Of a DNA stretch of 64,000 nt, positions 42,679-52,645 are shown one piece after another. Where the stretch lies: assembly GCA_044507735.1 (NCBI GenBank), contig JBIQJB010000002.1:32001-96000 (forward strand), given 5' to 3'. Position numbers and translations under genes: made by a program. The stretch's first letter is position 1, and each line of letters begins with the position of its first letter. The notes below the pieces were generated by a model, which made no database searches, was not told the origin of the DNA, and worked only from the letters and a program-made list of their open reading frames with translations. Origin of the DNA: Nitrosopumilales archaeon (lineage in GTDB: Archaea > Thermoproteota > Nitrososphaeria > Nitrososphaerales > Nitrososphaeraceae).

Positions 42679-43607
42679 GCTCTCCTGCTTCTTCCGACCT
42701 CTCTCAAAATGTACCTGGCAAGCCTGAGTTCATCTTGTCTTGTTCTCATAGTTATGTTTGTTTCGTACACATTCATGCCAAGTGCTTCTATTCTGCGAGC
42801 CATACGATGATCGCTTTTAGAGATCAAAAAAGCCCCAACAAAATCACTATAATGCTTTGCAACGCCGACAGGTGAATTCTCGATTCCAAGCGCTTTCATA
42901 TATTTTACCGCCGGACCGCTAACTGCTTTTTCGCCTATTAATGGTGAAATTGCGACAACCTTGTGTCTGTTGCGCACAAGCTCCTTTCGCAGACCTGGGA
43001 TGGAGACGATCGGCCCAATGCTCGATATAGGGTTCGCTGGTGCGACAACTGTCACATCAGACCTTCTTATCGCATCGATGGCATCTCTGCTTGGGTTCGC
43101 GCTGGCCGCTCCTGCATAGCGTATGCCTAAGACCCTTGGGGTTCCTTTGTTCTTGACCCAAAATTCTTGAAGATGCATTTCACCCTTTGGCGTTGCAATT
43201 CTGGTCGTAACTTCGCTGTCTGTAGCTGGAATTATCTTGGCTGAGATCGAATATCGACGACGCATAAAGTCCGTGACTTCTGATAGGTTCTTGCCCGCTT
43301 TGACCATTTCTGTCCTCAGCAGGTGGGTTGCAATGTCAAAGTCTCCAAGACCGAACCAAGTCGAAGCGCCAAGTCTTTTCAGCTGCGTCAGACAGTTGAA
43401 CGAGTCGCCCTTGATGCCCCACCCGCGCCTTTTATCCAGAATTCCTGCCAAGCCATAGACTATTGTGTCAATGTCCGGGCATACATAAAGGCCATGGAGC
43501 CAAATGTTGTCACCGACGTTGGAAATCACGGTCATTTCCTTAGTCAATTTGTCAAGGCCCCTGACAAGTTTTACAGACCCTGTGCCTCCTGAGAGAACCG
43601 TTATCAA
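42675..43607 (-). CDS. cofD: 2-phospho-L-lactate transferase
   Basis: LSGGTG, NVGD, VCPDIDT, LGDFD, LQEFWV, PANPISSIGPI, SGPA. Confidence 0.96.
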   Translation of the reverse strand: MITVLSGGTGSVKLVRGLDKLTKEMTVISNVGDNIWLHGLYVCPDIDTIVYGLAGILDKRRGWGIKGDSFNCLTQLKRLGASTWFGLGDFDIATHLLRTEMVKAGKNLSEVTDFMRRRYSISAKIIPATDSEVTTRIATPKGEMHLQEFWVKNKGTPRVLGIRYAGAASANPSRDAIDAIRRSDVTVVAPANPISSIGPIVSIPGLRKELVRNRHKVVAISPLIGEKAVSGPAVKYMKALGIENSPVGVAKHYSDFVGAFLISKSDHRMARRIEALGMNVYETNITMRTRQDELRLARYILREVGRSRRA

Positions 43608-43869
43608 GTATTATCATTATAAAATTTGCATTTTATTATACGTGCCGAGTTGAGCGGGTCGTTCGCCTAATTCATCTTGACGGGGTGCAAACTGCGTTTC
43701 ACCCGATCATTTTCGGATTCAACGGAGTATTTTTTCCCCATTGTGTTGTTAAACCGCTGGAAGAATGATGCATACCGCTAGTACTGTCATCCGGGACATA
43801 CCCGGGATAGCGATGTCATGTTTGCCAGTAATGTCATGAAGATTCCGACATCGCGTCCGGATAAGGTGA

Positions 43870-45000
43870 TTGCGCATGACAAAAAAAGCAAGTACATTCA
43901 TAGAAGCTCCCCATAAGATAAGGATTATAAACCAGACGGAGTCAAGTTCTCCCGTGAAGTACTCCGCCACCGTACTGTCTGGAATACTCGCCTCGATTTT
44001 AGTTTCAAGTTTTGTTTCTCAGGCATATGCAGCAGACGTGACCGCGTTCTTGGTTCCATCGCGCAACAGCGCGCAGAGTTCATTCATTGGAGTCAAGACC
44101 GTCACTTTGAGCTATCCTCAGGGCAGCTCTATCTCACAGGCGCTTAATGGGGAAGTTAAACGCATTTCATTCACTTTGAACGGCACAGCTGGTCAGCAGG
44201 ACCCAGCTGGCGTCGGTCAAGCAATAGACTTGATAAACGAAGCTCTGATTGATGCCAAGAGCCCTGTTCAGGCCTCTTCTGCCTCTATATCATATACTGC
44301 AGTACTCCGCGGAGATGCCTCACGTGCAACTATTTCTTACAAGACTGAAATCAAACCAGTTCTGGAGAACTACCTCCTGGAGGATCAGGGGTCAAGTAAG
44401 ATAGTTGATCTTGAATGGAGGGGTATTACTGTAAATGCTCCAATGGTGCTCAATGCTCCTGATGTCGGACAAATAGATGTCAACCACCCTAGTGGCCTAC
44501 TTGAAGCACTTTATCCTGACATTGCAACCCAGCTCTTGAATAGCGATGCTCGTCAAGTATTGGTGGACCCGATCCTGAACTTTGAACAATTTGACGCCCC
44601 GCTTTCTTCATGGCATGTGCTCTTTGATCCTGTAGGTGCCTACGGGTCAAGCGTAGGTCTTCAGGGAACGGAAGGCGCACAAGTACTTTCTGTGTATTCA
44701 TTGGGTGAGAGCAGTCTAAGAGAAGGAACTCATGAGCCGATAGAGAAGGATGCTTCTGTAACCATCGACGGAGCGAATGTGCGTGTACATTCTACGACTC
44801 CTCCGCCGAACGCTCAGCTAACGATCGCAGGATATTCTGCCGTACAGGAATCTGGAGGTTCCGAATTTGCAGTAGTCACTCTTGAGGCACCAGCGGGCGT
44901 GCAGACTTCAACAGGCGGATTTCCTATCCAAGTCCTCTTGGTTCTAGGCGGCATGATGGGCGCAATAGCCATCTTTATCCTGATCAAGGCAAGAAAGTAG
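43870..45000 (+). CDS. Secreted surface protein with C-terminal TM anchor
   Basis: Signal peptide (probable start GTG near 43954), C-terminal hydrophobic helix plus KARK tail. Confidence 0.8.
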   Translation: MRMTKKASTFIEAPHKIRIINQTESSSPVKYSATVLSGILASILVSSFVSQAYAADVTAFLVPSRNSAQSSFIGVKTVTLSYPQGSSISQALNGEVKRISFTLNGTAGQQDPAGVGQAIDLINEALIDAKSPVQASSASISYTAVLRGDASRATISYKTEIKPVLENYLLEDQGSSKIVDLEWRGITVNAPMVLNAPDVGQIDVNHPSGLLEALYPDIATQLLNSDARQVLVDPILNFEQFDAPLSSWHVLFDPVGAYGSSVGLQGTEGAQVLSVYSLGESSLREGTHEPIEKDASVTIDGANVRVHSTTPPPNAQLTIAGYSAVQESGGSEFAVVTLEAPAGVQTSTGGFPIQVLLVLGGMMGAIAIFILIKARK

Positions 45001-45014
45001 AAACAACCGTAGTA

Positions 45015-45041
45015 GCGCAGGAGGTCGTCACCTCCTGACGC
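45015..45041 (+). terminator. Stem-loop downstream of the surface-protein gene
   Basis: GCG-CAGGAGGT-CGTC-ACCTCCTG-A-CGC. Confidence 0.5.
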
Positions 45042-45124
45042 TTAATCTTATTTCACAAGCAAGTACATACAATTTCGATCATAATGCCTATTATCTAAAA
45101 TCTCGCTTGTATACTCCGTACATA

Positions 45125-45277
45125 ATGAGAACGGAGGAAGAGGCAAAATACAACCTCGACGAGCAGATTTTCGAATTGTATGACAGCGGAATGTCCGTCG
45201 AATTCATATGCAACAAGCTCTCGACCACTCTTGACTATGTCAACTCCGTTCTCGGCAGTGTCCCAGTGGAAGCCTAG
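45125..45277 (+). CDS. 50-aa HTH-like small protein (not in ORF track)
   Basis: MRTEEEAKYNLDEQIFELYDSGMSVEFICNKLSTTLDYVNSVLGSVPVEA*; TTATCTAAAA about 25 nt upstream. Confidence 0.7.
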   Translation: MRTEEEAKYNLDEQIFELYDSGMSVEFICNKLSTTLDYVNSVLGSVPVEA

Positions 45278-45293
45278 TTTGATCCGGCTTGGC

Positions 45294-45911
45294 CTACCCC
45301 TCTTCCCTCAAATATTGACCCGCGTCTGCTACTGTTGTTATGGTAATCCTTCCCCTTTGCATTAGCAACCTGCCAGTAAACCTTGTCCTACCGACTCCTA
45401 TTGATTCTCCATTTTCATTCAAGATTATCACAAGCTCATTCTCTTCTAGCATGTCCGATGCATCTCTTATCGAATCACCCATTATGTCCCTGCCATAGAG
45501 GACTAGCTTTTCAGCATTTTCATTCACTGTGACGTAATACCTGTTGTTACTGCCTTTCTTTCTACTGTTTATTCTGGCAAAAAGGTCGGCGCCAGCGACA
45601 GATGGCACAAACTCTTTTCTCAATTCACCGATTGCAAAGCCCATTGCAAAAGGGCTCACCGCCGCCAATTCTTCAAGCTCTTTGGCGACAAGCCAGATTG
45701 TTCTCGCCGCAGTCACCTCTTCTTTGTCTTCATGCTGCTGTACCATTAGCAACTTTTCCTTAAAGAATTCAAAGACTCCCCACCTGTCAAGGGCCCTATT
45801 TATCCTCGTTCTTTCTGCCAATGTGGGTTTTCGGTATATTGCAGTCAATTGACCCTCAACTTCGCTATGAAAAAGCCCGTGGTATCGTGTACGTGCGGAT
45901 ACAGGCGACAT
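45294..45911 (-). CDS. NIP7-like PUA-domain ribosome biogenesis protein
   Basis: AEKLVLYGRDI...IGVG...DAGQYLREEG; coupled to the NOP2 gene; true start likely near 45845. Confidence 0.85.
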   Translation of the reverse strand: MSPVSARTRYHGLFHSEVEGQLTAIYRKPTLAERTRINRALDRWGVFEFFKEKLLMVQQHEDKEEVTAARTIWLVAKELEELAAVSPFAMGFAIGELRKEFVPSVAGADLFARINSRKKGSNNRYYVTVNENAEKLVLYGRDIMGDSIRDASDMLEENELVIILNENGESIGVGRTRFTGRLLMQRGRITITTVADAGQYLREEG

Positions 45912-46801
45912 GCGTTTTGCAACTGTCTGTCAAACGTCACATTGCCGAATTTTGTCAGCCCGCTCGTCCCATATTTCAGGGGTTCAATTGTAATATTGCC
46001 AAACTTTTTCAGGAGTCGATCGACCACCATTTCATTCTCCTCGGGTGCAAATGAACAGGTGGAATACACCAGTATTCCTCCTGGCTTGACTGTCCTAGTG
46101 GCTGCTTCGATCAGCCTATCTTGTCTGTTAGAACAGTAGTCGACGTCTTGTGGAGTGTGGCTTGTCTTCCTCCTAGCGTCTTTGGCGATCACGCCTTCGC
46201 AGCTACATGGAGCATCCAAGAGTACCCTGTCAAACTTTCTTTCGAGCTTCTCCACCTGCAGGCCGTCCATCTTCAATATGCACGTGTTGTATACTCCACA
46301 GCGCGTGAGGTTAAACAACATAGACCTTGCTCTTTTCCCGTTTGGCTCTAGTGCAATGATGGAGCCGGTGTTCTTCATCCTTTGCGCCATGAATGTGGTC
46401 TTGCCGCCAGGGGCAGCTGCAATGTCAAGAGCGTACTGGTTTTCACAGGCATCTAGAGAATCGACAGCCAAGCAGGAGCTGAGGTCCTGGATATAGTAGT
46501 GACCCAAAAGATATTCATTCGTCGCCCCAATCGCCATCGGCGCCCTCTTTACAGCAAGAACTTCCGGGACTATTGTTTTTTCTAGTTCAAATCCTTTTGA
46601 GCGCAGCCTTGTTTCAAGGTCTTCCACGCAAGTCTTGAGAGTGTTGACCCTGACATATTGTGTCGGAGATCTCTCCATTTTGTCCAGAAAATCCTTTACT
46701 CTGGGCACAAATTCTAAGAACCTACTGACGAGCCACCCGTCGTAGCCGTACTTGGAGGACAGCTCAGACGACTCTGTCGAATCTGGAAATATCAGCGTCA
46801 A
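45845..46801 (-). CDS. RsmB/NOP2 family RNA m5C methyltransferase
   Basis: RVNTLK, YIQD, DIAAAPGGKT, LLDAPCS, VYSTCS..PEENE, GFFIAK. Confidence 0.96.
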   Translation of the reverse strand: MTLIFPDSTESSELSSKYGYDGWLVSRFLEFVPRVKDFLDKMERSPTQYVRVNTLKTCVEDLETRLRSKGFELEKTIVPEVLAVKRAPMAIGATNEYLLGHYYIQDLSSCLAVDSLDACENQYALDIAAAPGGKTTFMAQRMKNTGSIIALEPNGKRARSMLFNLTRCGVYNTCILKMDGLQVEKLERKFDRVLLDAPCSCEGVIAKDARRKTSHTPQDVDYCSNRQDRLIEAATRTVKPGGILVYSTCSFAPEENEMVVDRLLKKFGNITIEPLKYGTSGLTKFGNVTFDRQLQNACRLYPHVHDTTGFFIAKLRVN

Positions 46802-46846
46802 CTTGATGACGAAGTTCCTGCGTTCTTTCTCATTAATATAATATCT

Positions 46847-47233
46847 TTATCTTCCTGCACCCGGTAGACCTAGCACTTTGGTGGGTGAACGGTAGTTGCT
46901 TTCTAGTGAAATCCCTTCATTTGTGGTGACCTTTACCGTAGAGACCTGGGTTTCGGGGTCGGGATAGAAATAATAAGATTGGCCCGGAGCAAGGAGCGGC
47001 ATTTGCTGTATGTCGTTCGCTCCCATCTCGACTACAATCCCTGTCAATTGTTGGGTCCCCACGTTTGTCATCCTTACTCTGTATTGGATGCCGACATCGG
47101 TGGTATCCCTGATGGCATCAACTTCGAGCGCAAAGGGTGGTCTCGTAGCCTCTTGGTAAGCTAAATAGGCCGCGATGGCAACGGCCACTGTTACAATAAT
47201 GCCGATCACATAAACTCGCTGCGGCATGTGCAT
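46847..47233 (-). CDS. Membrane-anchored hypothetical protein
   Basis: N-terminal TM; Ig-like TNVGT...LAPGQS. Confidence 0.75.
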   Translation of the reverse strand: MHMPQRVYVIGIIVTVAVAIAAYLAYQEATRPPFALEVDAIRDTTDVGIQYRVRMTNVGTQQLTGIVVEMGANDIQQMPLLAPGQSYYFYPDPETQVSTVKVTTNEGISLESNYRSPTKVLGLPGAGR

Positions 47234-47453
47234 ATATTGTGAGTAGATGGTGGTAATTAAACTGGGGGCCGACCTCTCTGGAACAGCAGGTTCTGGTATA
47301 GTGCAGAAAGCAATCAGAGCTTCCCTCTGCCTTGTGGCAGTCCACCATTATATCCGCAAGACATCATCCCAAATGCGATAGCCACGGCTGTTCTCGTCTC
47401 CGCATAGAGTCTGCCTCTGCAACAGTGGCCCCGGTTTGTAGAGAGGCAGCGAT

Positions 47454-47888
47454 ATGTATCAAGTATTTACCTTTAAATCCGTTGATTGCTCAGCTGAAGC
47501 TGAACTGATGCACCCCGATGACCTCAAGGTGTTTTGGCTGTGTGGCAAATGTGGCCGGTATTTTGCATTCCATTCTGATGTTGAGGCCCACAAGAGACAG
47601 TTCAATCATTCCATGATGATCCTGTATAATTGGGAAGACAATGGGAAAAAAGAGCTGTTCACCCGGGGCCGGCTGTCGCTCACCTTCAAGATTGGAGGGC
47701 GGTCTTCACAGATGGTAGTTGAGTACGAATACTACCCATCGACTGACACGATTAATTATATTGACGTGCATTACACAGATGCTTACCTGCGGACAAGAGT
47801 AGAAGGTGATATCATGATGATGCAAAATATCGACAACTATCTAAGGAGAATGCTAGGCAGCAGCAAGAAAATATCCACAATCAGATAG
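47454..47888 (+). CDS. C2H2 zinc-finger-containing protein
   Basis: CGKCGRYFAFHSDVEAHKRQFNH. Confidence 0.75.
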   Translation: MYQVFTFKSVDCSAEAELMHPDDLKVFWLCGKCGRYFAFHSDVEAHKRQFNHSMMILYNWEDNGKKELFTRGRLSLTFKIGGRSSQMVVEYEYYPSTDTINYIDVHYTDAYLRTRVEGDIMMMQNIDNYLRRMLGSSKKISTIR

Positions 47889-48408
47889 TGGTATCGCAAT
47901 AATTCTCTTCACAAGTTCTCCTGCTGTGATTTGTTTTCTGGCGGACCGTCTTGTCTTGTCGAGATCCGATTGTTCCAACAAGATTATTTTTATCTGTTCT
48001 TCAGACACAAAGCAAATGGGACCGCCGCATCTTGACCTTTTCTTTCTAGATTTCTAATCCGTTCATCCTATGAGTCCTAACAAATAACCCTTGGCTTTAC
48101 GGCTTTACTTATCTATCGCGCCCTCGCAGAACCTCTACTGGGCGCACTCTAAGTTCTCGTGCTGCGGGAGCAACAGCGCAATGTTGCTGGTATCAGGTAC
48201 TTTTCTGGAGACATCCAAGATACTTGCACCAAAATAATCAATCAAACAGCAACTACAGATATCGCGCTTGCCCCTCTTTCCAGAGGAGATAACATTCTAG
48301 AATTACACAAGACCGTAACACTTACCTTTTTTCGCTTAACCGATCTCGATTGGACTCAGTCAAAATGAGATATGATATGATGCCTTGGCACTTCCTGATC
48401 GTCTTCAG

Positions 48409-48795
48409 TCACATCTCGTTTACAAGATGCTTCTCTACGACCTTGCATATGCTGGAAAGCATGAATGGCTTCTTCAAAAGGTTGTCCGTCCCAAAAAATT
48501 GCAAGTCCTTCTGGATCTCTTGGGCGGTCATTTCAAAGGCGGTCATGAGCAAGAACTTGACATCAGGTGCGATCTGTCTGGCGTTCCTCACAAATTCGAT
48601 GCCACTCATCCCAGGCATCCTGATATCTATAATGAGGAGAGCATAGTCGTTGTGATACTGACCAAAATGTGTGAGGGCCTTCACAGGCTCGGAGAAAGTG
48701 TCGACATCGTGGCCATATTTCTTCAACCCCGTCTCAACCAGCTTGAGGATGTCCGGCTCGTCATCTATGACCATGATTTTTCTCTTGGCAGACAA
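48409..48795 (-). CDS. Stand-alone response regulator (REC)
   Basis: VIDDE, IDIRMPGMSG, MTA, KKPF. Confidence 0.93.
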   Translation of the reverse strand: MSAKRKIMVIDDEPDILKLVETGLKKYGHDVDTFSEPVKALTHFGQYHNDYALLIIDIRMPGMSGIEFVRNARQIAPDVKFLLMTAFEMTAQEIQKDLQFFGTDNLLKKPFMLSSICKVVEKHLVNEM

Positions 48796-48975
48796 TGGCT
48801 GATTCCTGAATAGTCCTAATTATCTTTCGGTTCCGTTGCATAACGAGATGCAGTCAGACCGGGAGTAATATTATGTGCAACACAGCATAATCGATTTGGC
48901 GAATTCGTGATGTAGTAACAGCAATACAATCTACCATGCGGATATTCTATCTAACAAAAAAGAAGGGAAGAGAGC

Positions 48976-49437
48976 CTAGCCAGTTGTTGCCTCTTCAACA
49001 ATTACACTTCCTCTAAACCAAGGATGGATATTGCTCAGATAATCGTACCTGCCTTTCTCTGTGAATGTGAAAGACCAAGTTCCACCATCAGATGGAATTA
49101 GACTTTTCACTTTGCCAAATTCTGTGCTTTCATCTTCGCCTATTATCCTCTCTGGAGCGGTGCTCTTGTTTATCCAAACAACCGTATTATTGACCCCCAA
49201 TACAACTCTGACTTCCTTTGGGTCAGGGCTAGCGCTGCCATTTGGATCTGAGCTATTTTCAGGGATGGTTACGGTGACAGACTGAGGAGGATGAATTATG
49301 TCTGATGCATAGGTGTTCCGTGGCATGGTACTGTTGATGATTATGCCTACTACAACTGCCAAAGTGATTCCTGCCGCTATTGCTACTATAACTGGTTTGG
49401 TTCTTCTGTTGGATTTGCCTTTTGCTTCTGTTGACAT
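48976..49437 (-). CDS. Membrane-anchored cupredoxin-fold protein lacking Cu ligands
   Basis: Probable start MSTEAK at 49437; PKEVRVVLGVNNTVVWIN, WSFTFTEKGRYDYLSNIHPWFRGSVIV. Confidence 0.8.
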   Translation of the reverse strand: MSTEAKGKSNRRTKPVIVAIAAGITLAVVVGIIINSTMPRNTYASDIIHPPQSVTVTIPENSSDPNGSASPDPKEVRVVLGVNNTVVWINKSTAPERIIGEDESTEFGKVKSLIPSDGGTWSFTFTEKGRYDYLSNIHPWFRGSVIVEEATTG

Positions 49438-49508
49438 GCATGTAAATTTACGACTGCTTGCTACTTTATCATGATGTTTGTATTTCTTGTTCAAAGTTGG
49501 ATTCAGAC

Positions 49509-49528
49509 CTGTTCCAATATTGGAACAG
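49509..49528. promoter_or_regulatory. Perfect 20-bp palindrome, probable operator
   Basis: CTGTTCCAATATTGGAACAG between the divergent cupredoxin-like and wHTH genes. Confidence 0.7.
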
Positions 49529-49585
49529 CCAAGACGAAGGTTTTCTTTAATATCAAGAGGATATGAAATCACATTGGAATTATGC

Positions 49586-50051
49586 ATGTCAGTAAATGAT
49601 GATAATAAGCGTGATAGCAAGACGACGGATGCCGAACTAAAGGAAGCCTTGCAGGGCAAGACGCTACAAGTCTATCTTATGCTGCTAGATTCCCCTGACC
49701 CTATTGGGGGCTAGAGAGATACAAAGAAGGCTTGATTATTCAAGCGTCAATGTAGCTGTCCATCACTTAGAAAAGCTTTGCAGAGTAGGTCTAGCAGTAA
49801 AAGATGAGCATGGCAGGTATTCTGTGTCAAGAAAGGTAAGCATAGGAATAATGGAACTATTTATGAACGTAGGAAGGGTGCGCTTTCCAAGGCTTTTGTT
49901 TTATGCTGCCTTTTTTGCAGCTCTAGCCATCATGTATTTTGTTACTGCACCCATAGTAGTTGGAAGAGATAGTGTATATGTCATGATATTTGCAATAGTC
50001 GGAACAGGATTGCTTGCTTATGAAGCGTTCAAGGTTTGGCGGCAGATATGA
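49586..50051 (+). pseudogene. Membrane-tethered winged-HTH regulator, split by a +1 frameshift
   Basis: LQGKTLQVYLMLL...PIG / AREIQRRLDYSSVNVAVHHLEKL...FPRLLFYAAFF plus two TMs; removing one G from the G5 run at 49706-49710 fuses the two frames. Confidence 0.85.
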
Positions 50052-50124
50052 TTAGCTATTCAAAGTAACCAAAATGCTCAAATGCTTTTGGATAAAGTGA
50101 TAAATCTTACTATCGCGATAATAT

Positions 50125-50565
50125 GTGCATAATTTGAGCTCTGCCAAAGGCTCCAAGCTCTTTGCAGGTGATAAGAAAAGTATTATCAGAATACTTACAA
50201 TGTCGTTATTTGCTTTAGGTACAACAGCAGGCATACTATTTGCATATCAGCAATTTACAAAACCGGCTATTCCAATTCTAATAGCAGAGAAAGACGCAGT
50301 ACAACTAGCAATAAAAGAAGGGAACTGGGATGAGCAGCGTCTTGACGATAAGAAAATTGAAGCTACTCTCTTGCACGTGAAAGCAAATGGCTTTTCATTT
50401 ATAGTTGACAAAACAACACTGCATGACACTTTGACACTTTATCACAGCCAATTTCCCGAATACGAAGACAAGTACATATGGATAGTAAGTATTACGGCGC
50501 CTAACAATAGAGACTGGGGTTATGTAATAGGTGCCACTAGTGGCGATGTACTGATGCAACCATAG
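50125..50565 (+). CDS. Membrane-anchored hypothetical protein, PepSY-like
   Basis: One TM; AEKDAVQLA...WIVSI...YVIGATSGDVL. Confidence 0.65.
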   Translation: MHNLSSAKGSKLFAGDKKSIIRILTMSLFALGTTAGILFAYQQFTKPAIPILIAEKDAVQLAIKEGNWDEQRLDDKKIEATLLHVKANGFSFIVDKTTLHDTLTLYHSQFPEYEDKYIWIVSITAPNNRDWGYVIGATSGDVLMQP

Positions 50566-50615
50566 CTCTATGTATAACGTAACTAGTACTGCAACAAACC
50601 AAACCCATATGTGAT

Positions 50616-51176
50616 TCAGCTCGCTACGTTTACCTTAAATACGTAAGTAACAAATCCAGTAGGTTCAGCAGGATCATTGCTACTGTTGCTCCATTCGGCA
50701 GTCGCTTTCAAAATACATTCGCCTTTATCGGTGTTGATTACATATGTATTCGCAGAGCCATCACCTAGCTTCTGCAATTCTCCAATCTGATTGCGATTAT
50801 TGACATCAAGAACTTCTACAGTGAATGTATCAGGCTGTGATGACGCTTTAATGATAAATTGTACAGTTGATCCTTTGTTTACTCTTACCGATTCCTCAGG
50901 GATACTAGCTGTACTTGACATCTCTTGACCATTCCAGTCTCGACCCCACATTATCCCGCTATACTCTTTGCCATTGTAAAGCATTATGACCTGAGGAATT
51001 TCGCCAAAATTTTGAGTTGGCTTTGCCGCGGGTCGAAAGTTAAATGGACTATTTGTTAATGCTGAAGAGATAATCACTCCTGCAATAATTACAACAGCAG
51101 CTGCTATTCCAGCGATGATAGCCAACCTGTTACCGTGCGTACTATCATTTTTTACTCTATCGTCACTCATTATCAT
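50616..51176 (-). CDS. Membrane-anchored hypothetical protein, Ig-like
   Basis: One N-terminal TM; beta-rich C-terminal part. Confidence 0.75.
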   Translation of the reverse strand: MIMSDDRVKNDSTHGNRLAIIAGIAAAVVIIAGVIISSALTNSPFNFRPAAKPTQNFGEIPQVIMLYNGKEYSGIMWGRDWNGQEMSSTASIPEESVRVNKGSTVQFIIKASSQPDTFTVEVLDVNNRNQIGELQKLGDGSANTYVINTDKGECILKATAEWSNSSNDPAEPTGFVTYVFKVNVAS

Positions 51177-51250
51177 TCACCAACGCGCTAATGTGCGCTA
51201 TAACTTTTCTGGGTTCAAAAAATAGAGGGAGATTGGATTGGTTGATTAGC

Positions 51251-52645
51251 CTATCCATGTGAATCTGTTCCCATCCTTGCGGCCCACTCAGTACGTAGAT
51301 CTCCCGTGTTGGCTCCAAACGGGTTGTCAACCCAAGCGAAGCTAACATCCAATCTCCCGTCAGAGTTTACATCAAGCAAGGTTGCACCAGCTCCTTGCGT
51401 TTCTGTTCCGACAAACCTCCAGTCGTTCGGGAATGTATCTTTGGCTGAGGTGGTCCAATCTGCACTGCCTGTGCTGCTGACATCCTGACCGACTCTGTAG
51501 TATCCGTGGTTATTTCCTGTCGGATTGTCTATCCAGAATACGATTATGTCAGGATTTGAGGTACCAATCCAGTTTCCTATAGATATGCCCAAGCCTTGTG
51601 TTTCGTCACCTGGAGCTATTCCGGGGGTAAATCTAGTGCTCCAAGAGGCTGCATCACCAGAAGTATTGATGTTCCATCCGATCTTGTAGTATACAGTGTT
51701 TGCTCCGGAAGGATTGTCTATCCAGAATACGAACAGCTCTGGCACTGTACCTGTATCAGACGTATCCGCTATAGCAATTCCTAATCCCTGGCTTTCTGAG
51801 CCTACATCTGAGCTAGGCATTGTCTTGTCAGTGCTCCAGCTTGCTGGCACTCCCGCAGTGCTCACATCCCAGCCTATTCTGTATTTGATTGTGTTTGCAC
51901 CAAAGGGGTTGTCTACCCAAGCAATTACGAGATCAGGTCTACCGTTGACGTCGTTGTTTATCTGTGCTAAGGCTACTCCAACGCCCTGCGTTTCGTCTCC
52001 TACGCTGCTGATGGATGCAGGTGTGCTCCATGAAGACGCTGAGCCAGTAGAAGAACTAATGTCCCATCCAAAGCTGTACTTGATAGTGTTTGCTCCGGAA
52101 GGATTATCGGCCCAAGCAAATACATAATCTCTAGTTGAACCGGAATTGACCAACCCGTTCGCTAAATCTGCACCTTGGGTTTCATCTCCGATGCTGGTTC
52201 CTGCGCCATACATGTTTGTGTAAATGTATCTGACACCGGCAATGTCTCCATACTGGAGGGTGCGTCTGTTTCCTTGGTATGCTGCAGTCATGACAAGGTC
52301 TGTCTGAGTAGCATGTTGGAGCCGCAACCAGTGACCTGCTTCATGCAGCATTACTGTTTCAACATCGAAATTGGTGGGCGGCGAAGAAACGCAGTTACAC
52401 CAAGTATCAGTTTCGTCAAATACAGTATCCATTTCAACAAGTGGGTTTCCAGATATCGGCGACCTTGCTGTTACGGCGAGATCTGCATCAACTTCGCCGG
52501 GGTATGTATTGAGCCATCGAATGACATTGACTCCATCTGTCGCGCCTGTTTCTATTAGACTTGCAGCATTTGTTGTCGTGCCGCCATCTACAAAGTCAAT
52601 ATAGGAACCAGCATCATTTTCCCATGTCTGGAATGAATTTCCTTT
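51251..52645 (-). pseudogene. Matrixin (M10) zinc metalloprotease with about 5 propeller-like repeats, N-terminus missing
   Basis: FDVETVMLHEAGHWLRLQH plus Met-turn VM; repeats G(D/S/T)E(T/S)QG...W(V/I/A)DNPxGAN; the ORF portion above about 52645 is off-frame integrase sequence; no signal peptide. Confidence 0.8.
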
